From a virus: DNA of 32,802 nucleotides. The stretch is taken from IMG/VR virus record IMGVR_UViG_3300025585_000026, one strand, 5' to 3'. Shown here in pieces: positions 7,300 through 13,598 of this stretch; positions within the stretch are counted from its first letter, which is position 1; every line of letters begins with the position of its first letter. The notes beneath the pieces were generated by a model. The model was not told where the DNA came from. It did not search any database and saw nothing but the letters and a program-made list of their open reading frames with translations. A program made the position numbers and the translations under genes.

Positions 7300-7320
7300 T
7301 AAAACAAGGAGAATAAGACT

Positions 7321-7980
7321 ATGAATGATGCAATTTTTAAGGCGTTTATCGCCGCACAGAAAGAGTTTGGACCAGCTCTAAAGACCAGCACCAACCCACA
7401 CTTTAGATCACGCTATGCAGACCTTTCAGCGTGTGTTGAAGCTGTAATCGATGCGCTCAATTCTAATGGCTTAGGATTGGTTCAGGTAACTCATCCTTGC
7501 GAGTCAGGAGTAAGCGTTGAGACAGTTTTGGTACATGAGTCTGGACAAACCATGACAAGTGGCGTGTTACATGTACCAGCTTCAAAGCAAGATGCTCAAG
7601 GCTATGGGTCAGCACTGACATACGCTCGCAGATATAGCTTAATGGCAATCTGCGGCATTGCTCCAGAGGATGATGACGGAAACAAGGCGAGCAAACCTAT
7701 TGAGGTTAAAACTAAAGACATAAAAGTTGAGCGTGTCTCAGTAGTTAATAAGGCAACAGGAGAAGTAACTGAGGTACTCAATACCACTAAAAAGTCACGG
7801 ATTGAGAAAACGATCTATGACATCAGGACACTCGCCGAAGAACAGCAACCAGCAGCAGCAGAATATCTGCGGCAACACAGTTGCGAGTATAGCGAAGCAC
7901 TCGGAGTCTGGACCTGCCCAATCAGACTTCAACGGCTTCAAAGTTGCGTAGTTGAGAAGGTGGCTAATGAAAAGGCTTAG
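7321..7980 (+). CDS. erf: ERF-family single-strand annealing recombinase
   Basis: 219 aa. NPHFRSRYADLSACVEAV and GYGSALTYARRYSLMAICGI match the conserved Erf core motifs (compare P22 Erf ...GKYKYRS... and ...TSSYARKYCLNGLFGI). Confidence 0.85.
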   Translation: MNDAIFKAFIAAQKEFGPALKTSTNPHFRSRYADLSACVEAVIDALNSNGLGLVQVTHPCESGVSVETVLVHESGQTMTSGVLHVPASKQDAQGYGSALTYARRYSLMAICGIAPEDDDGNKASKPIEVKTKDIKVERVSVVNKATGEVTEVLNTTKKSRIEKTIYDIRTLAEEQQPAAAEYLRQHSCEYSEALGVWTCPIRLQRLQSCVVEKVANEKA

Positions 7981-8182
7981 AGTAGAAATACCTAAAAAAC
8001 CAAAACAATTACGGCGTTATGATGCACCGCGTCCTGGATATAGGCGTTGGACAACTCAAGTAAAACTAGAATTGTTCAATGATTTCTGCAAAGTAGCAGA
8101 GAATGAGGATAAGGTACTGATTGACGCTGTTGAAGAAGCACTTAGTAACTGGACATACCATGATGGAGACGTACATGAATAA
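7967..8182 (+). CDS. hypothetical protein, possible ribbon-helix-helix fold
   Basis: 71 aa from the ATG overlapping the erf 3' end. RWTTQVKLELFNDFCKVAENEDKVLIDAVEEAL fits a strand-helix-helix pattern. Confidence 0.4.
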   Translation: MKRLRVEIPKKPKQLRRYDAPRPGYRRWTTQVKLELFNDFCKVAENEDKVLIDAVEEALSNWTYHDGDVHE

Positions 8183-8420
8183 GCATATCGCATTAGAAGC
8201 TCTAGGATACGTTTTAAGCAAAGATAGATACCTTGGTGATGGTCGGATAGCCATGAGGGAAAAGAAAGCCTACACGGCTGGCGTAGAGGCTATAAAAGGC
8301 ATATTGGCTAATAGACTGGATAGACTTCTGTGGAAAGCTGAAAAGAGTAACACAGACTACGACCGTGCTAGGCTAGATGGCGCACTGTGGTTGTATGAGG
8401 TTTTAGAGGACGAAGAATAA
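8175..8420 (+). CDS. hypothetical protein
   Basis: 81 aa. GGAGAcgtacATG, with the ATG overlapping the upstream stop (ATGAATAA). Confidence 0.55.
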   Translation: MNKHIALEALGYVLSKDRYLGDGRIAMREKKAYTAGVEAIKGILANRLDRLLWKAEKSNTDYDRARLDGALWLYEVLEDEE

Positions 8421-8425
8421 CAAAC

Positions 8426-8501
8426 TGGCTAGTAGTTCAGTTGGTAGAACAGACGGCTGTTAACCGTCATGTCGTAGGTTCGAGTCCTACCTAGCCAGCC
8501 A
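8426..8501 (+). tRNA. tRNA-Asn: tRNA-Asn (anticodon GTT), CCA encoded
   Basis: Manual cloverleaf. Acceptor TGGCTAG/CTAGCCA, D-stem GTTC/GAAC, anticodon stem GACGG/CCGTC with loop CTGTTAA, 5-nt variable loop, T-arm GTAGG-TTCGAGT-CCTAC, discriminator G, then CCA. Confidence 0.92.
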
Positions 8502-8568
8502 AAAAAATACCCTGCATTAAACTCAGGTCGTATGGCACATCCATGCCATTCCGAATTTAGTGCAGGGT
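8502..8568 (-). terminator. Rho-independent terminator of the minus-strand cassette (compound hairpin + T7 run)
   Basis: On the minus strand, ACCCTGCACTAAA...TTTAATGCAGGGT (13-bp stem including one G-U pair, with inner stem ATGGCA/TGCCAT) is followed by TATTTTTTT. Confidence 0.6.
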
Positions 8569-8636
8569 CAAACCTCGATGACTAGTCGAAGTTTCTTGGA
8601 GACATGGAAAGACCATGACTCAGCTAAGGTACCATC

Positions 8637-9113
8637 TCAAAACCGCTTCTTCAATCCGAACCTCTCAGCAGCTTCATTAACTTTATCTAAGTTTGGTTTT
8701 GGTTGTTCTCTTTGTAATTTATCTTTGTAGTTGGATCTTTGTATATGGATCTTTGTATTGGTTCTTTTTGACCCAGGTTGTTGGTTCAATTTGACCCCCC
8801 CACTGGTCCAATTTGACCCAGGTAGGCGGTCATTTTGACCCAGGTTAGGCACTGTTTTTAGTGTCCGTTTCATGCCTCGATAGCTAATTTCTAGGTATCC
8901 TAAATCAACAAGAGTTTTGATTACTCTCCTAACCGTTGACTCGCTCATCCCAAGTTCTGCAGATATGTGCGCTCGACTCGCAAAGCATGACAATCCTTGC
9001 GCTTCAAATTCAGAAACATAGGCAAGTAGAACAGCCTCATCTCTGCCTACTGTTTTTGATATGCGTTTGTTGACCTTGAAAAAAAGGTCATCGTCTGATA
9101 ATTTATTTTTCAT
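8637..9113 (-). CDS. winged-helix DNA-binding protein, candidate replication initiator (ori lies inside its gene)
   Basis: 158 aa. wHTH segment SRAHISAELGMSESTVRRVIKTLVDLGYLEI, then a low-complexity linker encoded by the iteron array, then a basic C-terminus. Confidence 0.6.
   Translation of the reverse strand: MKNKLSDDDLFFKVNKRISKTVGRDEAVLLAYVSEFEAQGLSCFASRAHISAELGMSESTVRRVIKTLVDLGYLEISYRGMKRTLKTVPNLGQNDRLPGSNWTSGGVKLNQQPGSKRTNTKIHIQRSNYKDKLQREQPKPNLDKVNEAAERFGLKKRF
8708..8758. repeat. AT-rich 13/14-bp direct repeats (DNA-unwinding-element-like), two containing GATC
   Basis: (A/C)TCTTTGTA at 8708, 8721, 8735 and 8749. The exact 12-mer GGATCTTTGTAT occurs at 8733-8744 and 8747-8758. The period is not a multiple of 3. 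Confidence 0.55.
8765..8847. repeat. iteron array: four TTTGACCCAGGT-type repeats at 22-23 bp spacing
   Basis: Cores at 8767, 8790 (degenerate TTTGACCCCCCC), 8812 and 8834. The copies are read in three different frames (NLGQN / PGSN / GGVKL / PGSK). Confidence 0.65.
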
Positions 9114-9145
9114 AGAGGAACAATTCCTTTAGCACCATTCAAAAG

Positions 9146-9180
9146 CCACTCATTCCCGCCAAGGTATCGAGTGGTTTTTT
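9146..9180 (+). terminator. hairpin + T6 run between the two minus-strand genes (plus-strand terminator or attenuator)
   Basis: CCACTC-N17-GAGTGG followed by TTTTTT on the plus strand. The minus-strand reading gives only CTTTTG after the stem. Confidence 0.4.
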
Positions 9181-9374
9181 CATTCCTTGTTTCTATTCTT
9201 CAGCCATTCTTCAACTTCACTTAACTTGAAACGTCTGGACTTTCTAATCCGTAACATCGGCATGCCCTGACGAATCAGTATTTCAATCATTGGTCTTCCT
9301 ACCTTGAAATGTTCGATCACTTTGTGTAAGTCGACATAAGGTTCTAATTGTTTTGTATTGTCTTCCATAGTCAT
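9180..9374 (-). CDS. excisionase/AlpA/MerR-type HTH DNA-binding protein
   Basis: 64 aa. YVDLHKVIEHFKVGRPMIEILIRQGMPMLRIRKSRRFKLSEVEEWL matches the HTH_17-type pattern (short HTH, then a beta wing, then ...W). Confidence 0.6.
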   Translation of the reverse strand: MTMEDNTKQLEPYVDLHKVIEHFKVGRPMIEILIRQGMPMLRIRKSRRFKLSEVEEWLKNRNKE

Positions 9375-9416
9375 GGATGATATGAACTTCCTGTTTAATA
9401 ATCAATGAGGAATTAC

Positions 9417-9719
9417 ATGGCACGACCATTACAAACATGGAAAAACAAGGGTATCGACATAGCCGCATGGAGTACCAAGAACGGCGGTATATCGTTCACC
9501 ATTCGCAAGACGTATAAACCAAAAGATGCAAACGAGTGGCAGGAAACTAAGACGTTCTTCCCAAACGACCTAGCTGTTCTCGCTGATCTCATCAAGCAAG
9601 CTACAACCTGGGCACACGAGGAGTTTGGCGAACCTGTACCACAGATTGATACACGTCCTCCGCATCCCAAGGTCGCCGCTATCGTGAAAGAGATTGTAGA
9701 GGATGACATACCCTTTTAG
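9417..9719 (+). CDS. small protein with SSB-type C-terminal tip (EDDIPF), putative non-canonical ssDNA-binding protein
   Basis: 100 aa from the GAGGAattacATG start. The C-terminus ...KEIVEDDIPF mimics the bacterial SSB tip DDDIPF. The N-terminal ~60 aa lack the canonical SSB OB-fold motifs. Confidence 0.6.
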   Translation: MARPLQTWKNKGIDIAAWSTKNGGISFTIRKTYKPKDANEWQETKTFFPNDLAVLADLIKQATTWAHEEFGEPVPQIDTRPPHPKVAAIVKEIVEDDIPF

Positions 9720-9736
9720 CTTACTTGGAGACGACT

Positions 9737-10213
9737 ATGAGACTAGACCATGGAGAGGCATTTACAGCCGCTATAGCAGGGTTACAGCGGCAATTTAGAG
9801 CCATTCAGCGCAATGCTACCGACAACCAAGGCGATATAACCAGAGACGAATTTGCCACTAATATCCACGGCGCTATAGCAGAAGCGACAGTAGCAAAGGC
9901 ACTAGGCTTGTACTGCAATATGAGCAGTTCAGACCGTGCTGTAGCTGACGTTGGGCACAATATCGAGGTGAGAAGCAGCACCAATCCAAAGGCACTGATG
10001 CCAATACGCCACCGAGATAAGGATGATGCCAAATACTACTTTGTGGTTGGCATATATCCCAATCTTAAAATCATCGGCTGGCGTTGGGGTAGAGACTGCA
10101 AGCAAGATAGGTACTTGGTAGATAGAGACAAGGCAGGTAATAAATTGGAAAGACCATATTGGGCAGTACCGCAATCAGACCTAAACCCTGAGCTTATCGA
10201 GGTGGTACTATGA
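9737..10213 (+). CDS. putative PD-(D/E)XK-type nuclease
   Basis: 158 aa. GAIAEATVAKALG ... ADVGHNIEVRSS gives a D-x(n)-E-x-(K/R) arrangement. SD variant GGAGACGACTATGA. Confidence 0.45.
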   Translation: MRLDHGEAFTAAIAGLQRQFRAIQRNATDNQGDITRDEFATNIHGAIAEATVAKALGLYCNMSSSDRAVADVGHNIEVRSSTNPKALMPIRHRDKDDAKYYFVVGIYPNLKIIGWRWGRDCKQDRYLVDRDKAGNKLERPYWAVPQSDLNPELIEVVL

Positions 10214-10452
10214 AGATTTACAGTCTCCACACTATCACTGACGGCAAGTGGCAAGTTCGTCTAACTATCCGAGAGAACGATGATTTTAAGCACCGTTACG
10301 AGTCTAGACCAGACCTTCGTGCTCTGGTTGATACTTTCTATGACTCGCCTCCAGAGGAACTAGCACGGATTATTTTAGAGAATGTACTGTCATGCGAGTC
10401 AGTCGAGGTATCTCTGATGTGTGGTCCTGGCATTTACATGGAGCGCACATGA
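10210..10452 (+). CDS. hypothetical protein
   Basis: 80 aa with an ATGA overlap to the upstream gene. Confidence 0.55.
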   Translation: MKIYSLHTITDGKWQVRLTIRENDDFKHRYESRPDLRALVDTFYDSPPEELARIILENVLSCESVEVSLMCGPGIYMERT

Positions 10453-10640
10453 GAAAGTCAGCAGAGGAACTAGCTAAAGAGTACGTTGACTCGCTACCAC
10501 TAGGGCAATACGGCAAAGAGTTTGACGCCTTTATCGCTGGCTTTATAGCGTGCTTAGAAAATTGGAAATGGTATGACAAAGGTGAATCTAGACGAGACGA
10601 TACAGAAGCGGTTTCCAGCCTCGATGTTCCCAAGCGTTGA
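10449..10640 (+). CDS. hypothetical protein
   Basis: 63 aa from GGAGcgcacATG, overlapping the upstream stop. The track start at 10392 is out of frame with, and overlaps, the previous gene. Confidence 0.5.
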   Translation: MRKSAEELAKEYVDSLPLGQYGKEFDAFIAGFIACLENWKWYDKGESRRDDTEAVSSLDVPKR

Positions 10641-10797
10641 CGAGCAAACAATGGTTCAGCTTTACCGTGCGTATAGCTGTGGTTTTAAAGAAGGCTACGG
10701 ACTCTCGCATCCTGCTGTTATAATCGACATGGGTAATAAGCCAACCTTAGGAGAACTATTACATGCCGCTGAACAAAAAAGGTCTCAAGATTCGTAG
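10624..10797 (+). CDS. hypothetical protein (start uncertain: 10573, 10624 or 10651)
   Basis: Open frame ending at 10797. None of the candidate starts has a good SD. Confidence 0.4.
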   Translation: MFPSVDEQTMVQLYRAYSCGFKEGYGLSHPAVIIDMGNKPTLGELLHAAEQKRSQDS

Positions 10798-10900
10798 CGC
10801 AATGGAAAAGTTTTACGGCAAGAAGAAAGGTGACGAAATCTTTTACGCTTCCGAAAACAAAGGCACCATCAAAGGCGTAACTAAGAAGAAGAAAAAGTAA
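10763..10900 (+). CDS. 45-aa lysine-rich protein (below the ORF-track cutoff)
   Basis: AGGAGAactattacATG. Product MPLNKKGLKIRSAMEKFYGKKKGDEIFYASENKGTIKGVTKKKKK. The stop overlaps the next ATG (TAATG). Confidence 0.5.
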   Translation: MPLNKKGLKIRSAMEKFYGKKKGDEIFYASENKGTIKGVTKKKKK

Positions 10901-11163
10901 TGCCACAGGAAAGCAACATTCGCAAAAGTCTTGAACGACAAGTAAGCCTGAACAGACCTTTTCGTACTCCTGGCGAACGGAAAAAGTTTGCTGTGTACGT
11001 TAAGAATGAGAAGGGCAACGTAATTAAGGTGCGTTTTGGCGATCCAGAAATGAAGATTCGCAAAAACGAACCAGCTCGCCGCAAAAGTTTTAGAGCACGA
11101 CACAACTGCGACAGTCCTGGACCAAAAACAAAGGCTAGGTATTGGTCGTGCAGAAATTGGTAA
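10900..11163 (+). CDS. small basic conserved-looking protein of unknown function
   Basis: 87 aa. The string RPFRTPGERKKFAVYVKNEKGNVIKVRFGDPEMKIRKNEPARRKSFRARHNCDSPGPKTKARYWSC resembles a recurrent phage/virus family as far as I recall. This is unverified. Confidence 0.6.
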   Translation: MPQESNIRKSLERQVSLNRPFRTPGERKKFAVYVKNEKGNVIKVRFGDPEMKIRKNEPARRKSFRARHNCDSPGPKTKARYWSCRNW

Positions 11164-11543
11164 TGAGACAGAAACGACCGCTGCGGCGACCAGAGGAACA
11201 AGAACAAACGGCGTTTTTCGATTATTGTAGAGCTATGGCGCATGTTCATAGTGGCTATGCTTTGGCGTTTGCCATTCCAAACGAGCGTAAAGCCTCTATA
11301 CAGCGCCGTGTTGCAATGAAACGAGCAGGTCTTACTAAAGGTGTACCTGACATTTGCGTGCCTGTAGGCAATGATAAATTCAATGCCTTGTATATTGAAA
11401 TGAAGGTTAAGCCCAACCGTGCTAGTCCAGAACAGATGGACATACTCCGCAAGTTAAACGCTGTAGGTAACTACGCTGTGATTTGCTGGTCGGCTGATGA
11501 TGCAATCGAAATCATAACTAAGTACATCAATAATCAGTTATGA
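11163..11543 (+). CDS. VRR-NUC domain nuclease
   Basis: 126 aa. EEQEQTAFFDY...AFAIPNE...GLTKGVPDICVP...LYIEMKV...SPEQ...L is the VRR-NUC PD-(D/E)XK signature (E...PN...G.PD...E.K). Confidence 0.8.
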   Translation: MRQKRPLRRPEEQEQTAFFDYCRAMAHVHSGYALAFAIPNERKASIQRRVAMKRAGLTKGVPDICVPVGNDKFNALYIEMKVKPNRASPEQMDILRKLNAVGNYAVICWSADDAIEIITKYINNQL

Positions 11544-12019
11544 AGCACGACATGGGAAACACAGAACAAGAAAAGGAATACCATGAAGTGCCAGAACGCA
11601 ATCTTTGGTTTGCAGTCATTGAGCGAGCGTTAAAAGATTACTGCTACTTCTTTGATAGACTTATCAACCCAGGCTCAACGCATCTCGTATACTCAGACGG
11701 TCTAAATCATAAAGACCAGTTTCAACTCAAAGCTATATACGAGTTTAACCGCCTACGTTGGTTTCTATTTGAGAAAGAGCCAGCAGAGTTCAACCTAGCC
11801 TACCTTGCTGATCAACTATACGAGGATGGAGACGGTGCCGCTGCAAGCATCCGTAAGGAAGCTATTCGGCAATTCAAAACTCACTTTGATGAAGCAGAGC
11901 GTCGTGGGCAATTCATGAAGATAATACACTACATCAAAGAGAATACTGGCGTAGCGTACTCAGAAGCAGCGGATAAGGTAAGCCCGTTACGCACCAAGCG
12001 ATACAGGCTTAGTCGCTAG
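11540..12019 (+). CDS. hypothetical protein (last gene of the plus-strand block)
   Basis: 159 aa with an ATGA overlap to the upstream gene. Confidence 0.6.
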   Translation: MKHDMGNTEQEKEYHEVPERNLWFAVIERALKDYCYFFDRLINPGSTHLVYSDGLNHKDQFQLKAIYEFNRLRWFLFEKEPAEFNLAYLADQLYEDGDGAAASIRKEAIRQFKTHFDEAERRGQFMKIIHYIKENTGVAYSEAADKVSPLRTKRYRLSR

Positions 12020-12201
12020 CGTTTCTTCTTATCCTTGAGTGACCACACTTGTGACACGCCATAAAGCACAGCACCACCTACCACTGGCTCTGCTGCTGCT
12101 GCAAGGTTATGTGCATCAGCCTCAGACACGCCAATGGTAAGCAAGCTACCAGCGGCAAGCGTTAGTAAATGTCTGATTATCGAAAATATAACAAGTTCCA
12201 T
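12016..12201 (-). CDS. putative holin (two TM helices, basic C-terminus)
   Basis: 61 aa. Two hydrophobic segments, IFSIIRHLLTLAAGSLLTIGV and AEPVVGGAVLYGVSQVW, then KDKKKR. SD AGGAAG lies 7 nt upstream. Confidence 0.55.
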   Translation of the reverse strand: MELVIFSIIRHLLTLAAGSLLTIGVSEADAHNLAAAAEPVVGGAVLYGVSQVWSLKDKKKR

Positions 12202-12974
12202 GCGATTCTTCCTGCTTTAGCGTATGTATAAATAGAATGTCTGCAATCACGCTTACTTGGATATTGCCATGGTCCAACATTGCAATTCATCCATGCTGAC
12301 CAATAAAACCTTACATCACATTGCCTAGTCTTTGCGGCAAAGCGTTTTAAGTCAAGGATAGAGTTAGCCTCCGTGCCATCCATATCAGCTATGCACGGTT
12401 TCCTAAGAGTAGGATTAGTTCCATGTCGCTCACAGACGGTACCTCGTAAACAGGACGCTTTGAGAGGATTATCGACAATGACACAGCTAGGCAAAGTAGC
12501 AGATACAGCACTAACGAGAGCTTTTCTAGCATGTCCATTCAAGTCACACTCCAGACAAGGCGAGACGTAACAAGTTAGCGGACCTTTTGACTGCTCAATC
12601 CGCTGCTTTAATCGTAAGGCTAATACGTCTAGCCGCTTTCTTAATCGTGACTCTGGTATCTTTGCTGCTCTATTGGCTGAGACTATCGTGTATCCATAGA
12701 ACACATCATGTCTCTGGCATCGCTTGTTTCTAAGACACGGACCATTGACTAAATGCACTCGTATGGTCTTACGTTTCTTTTGTCTCAAGATTGTATCAAC
12801 ACACTCACAACGCTTGCCAAACGAATCTTCAAGCCAACCAACTGTTATAGGCTTGCCATGCCATGTAGCAAGAGTTTTATCGCAGTTCCAAGTGCTGTTG
12901 CAGAGTCCTATGTAACTCACGCCTTGAGCTTGTGCAGAGGCTATAAATGCCAACAGCACAATGAGCACTCTCAT
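12177..12974 (-). CDS. secreted 16-cysteine basic protein of unknown function (in lysis cassette)
   Basis: 265 aa. Signal peptide MRVLIVLLAFIASAQA|QG and 16 Cys in the mature part. I recognise no family motif. Confidence 0.7.
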   Translation of the reverse strand: MRVLIVLLAFIASAQAQGVSYIGLCNSTWNCDKTLATWHGKPITVGWLEDSFGKRCECVDTILRQKKRKTIRVHLVNGPCLRNKRCQRHDVFYGYTIVSANRAAKIPESRLRKRLDVLALRLKQRIEQSKGPLTCYVSPCLECDLNGHARKALVSAVSATLPSCVIVDNPLKASCLRGTVCERHGTNPTLRKPCIADMDGTEANSILDLKRFAAKTRQCDVRFYWSAWMNCNVGPWQYPSKRDCRHSIYTYAKAGRIAWNLLYFR

Positions 12975-13213
12975 TTTTCTAGTATCCTATCAATCTTCTG
13001 CTCGATACGCTCCAAGCGGTCCTTGATACTACTAACCTCATGCTGCATCACTTCAACGTGCATAGTAAGCTGATATTTGCTTTGCTCTAACTCTTTAAGC
13101 GAGTTCTTTACTTGTCTGTAATCCATGCCAACCAGCGATATAACAACGCCAATCACGCCTTTAATTAGCAGGTCAATCCAATACCTAAGCTGTGTAACAT
13201 CACCTTCCGTCAC
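12971..13213 (-). CDS. N-terminally anchored coiled-coil membrane protein (i-spanin-like or holin/antiholin candidate)
   Basis: 80 aa with a GTG start. TM segment LLIKGVIGVVISLVGM followed by heptad-like LKELEQSKYQL...IKDRLERIEQKIDRILEK. Confidence 0.45.
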   Translation of the reverse strand: MTEGDVTQLRYWIDLLIKGVIGVVISLVGMDYRQVKNSLKELEQSKYQLTMHVEVMQHEVSSIKDRLERIEQKIDRILEK

Positions 13214-13598
13214 AGATTTCTAGCTCCGCTTCACTATACGTATTCATAGCAGTCATGAAATTAGCGAGAGCTGCACGGCTAGAAAGAATCGCCGTTTCTG
13301 TGCCTATCGTTCCGTACATAAGACCAAGCAAAATACATCCGTGCGTATCCTCTTTGGTGTTACCAGCATGAATAAGTATCTGGCTACGTCCTGGGACATC
13401 CATTACTTGGAATACTCGTCCAAACTTAGGCGAGTTATGAATCTTAATCTTGTACTTGCCAGCAGGAATACAACTTTGCTGCGGCTCGTTATCAAACCAA
13501 CGGTCCTCAAGCGTAACAAACATAGGACGAGCATCAAGGCATAACACGCCAAGCATGGCATCTTTATACTCTGATACTCGTACTAATTTGAGCTTCAT
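13200..13598 (-). CDS. DUF5675-like / YkuD-like (His...Gly-Cys motif) protein, candidate cell-wall enzyme
   Basis: 132 aa. TLEDRW..N...SCIPAGKYKI....SPKFGRVFQV.DVPGRSQILIHAGNTKEDTHGCILLG matches the recurrent phage family I recall as DUF5675, with an L,D-transpeptidase-like H-x-G-N...GC motif. Confidence 0.55.
   Translation of the reverse strand: MKLKLVRVSEYKDAMLGVLCLDARPMFVTLEDRWFDNEPQQSCIPAGKYKIKIHNSPKFGRVFQVMDVPGRSQILIHAGNTKEDTHGCILLGLMYGTIGTETAILSSRAALANFMTAMNTYSEAELEICDGR

Noticed and set aside
8426-8501. tRNA gene as an attP site of a temperate phage
   Set aside because: No tyrosine or serine recombinase is encoded anywhere in the 32.7-kb genome, so there is no support for tRNA-targeted integration.
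8509-8568. Possible second tRNA or tRNA-like element next to tRNA-Asn
   Set aside because: It folds as one long compound hairpin without D/T arms or an anticodon loop. Followed by T7 on the minus strand, it fits a terminator better.
8765-8847. The direct repeats as a CRISPR array
   Set aside because: The repeats are only 12-13 bp with about 10-bp spacers, there are just four copies, they lie inside a coding region, and there are no cas genes. An iteron interpretation fits better.
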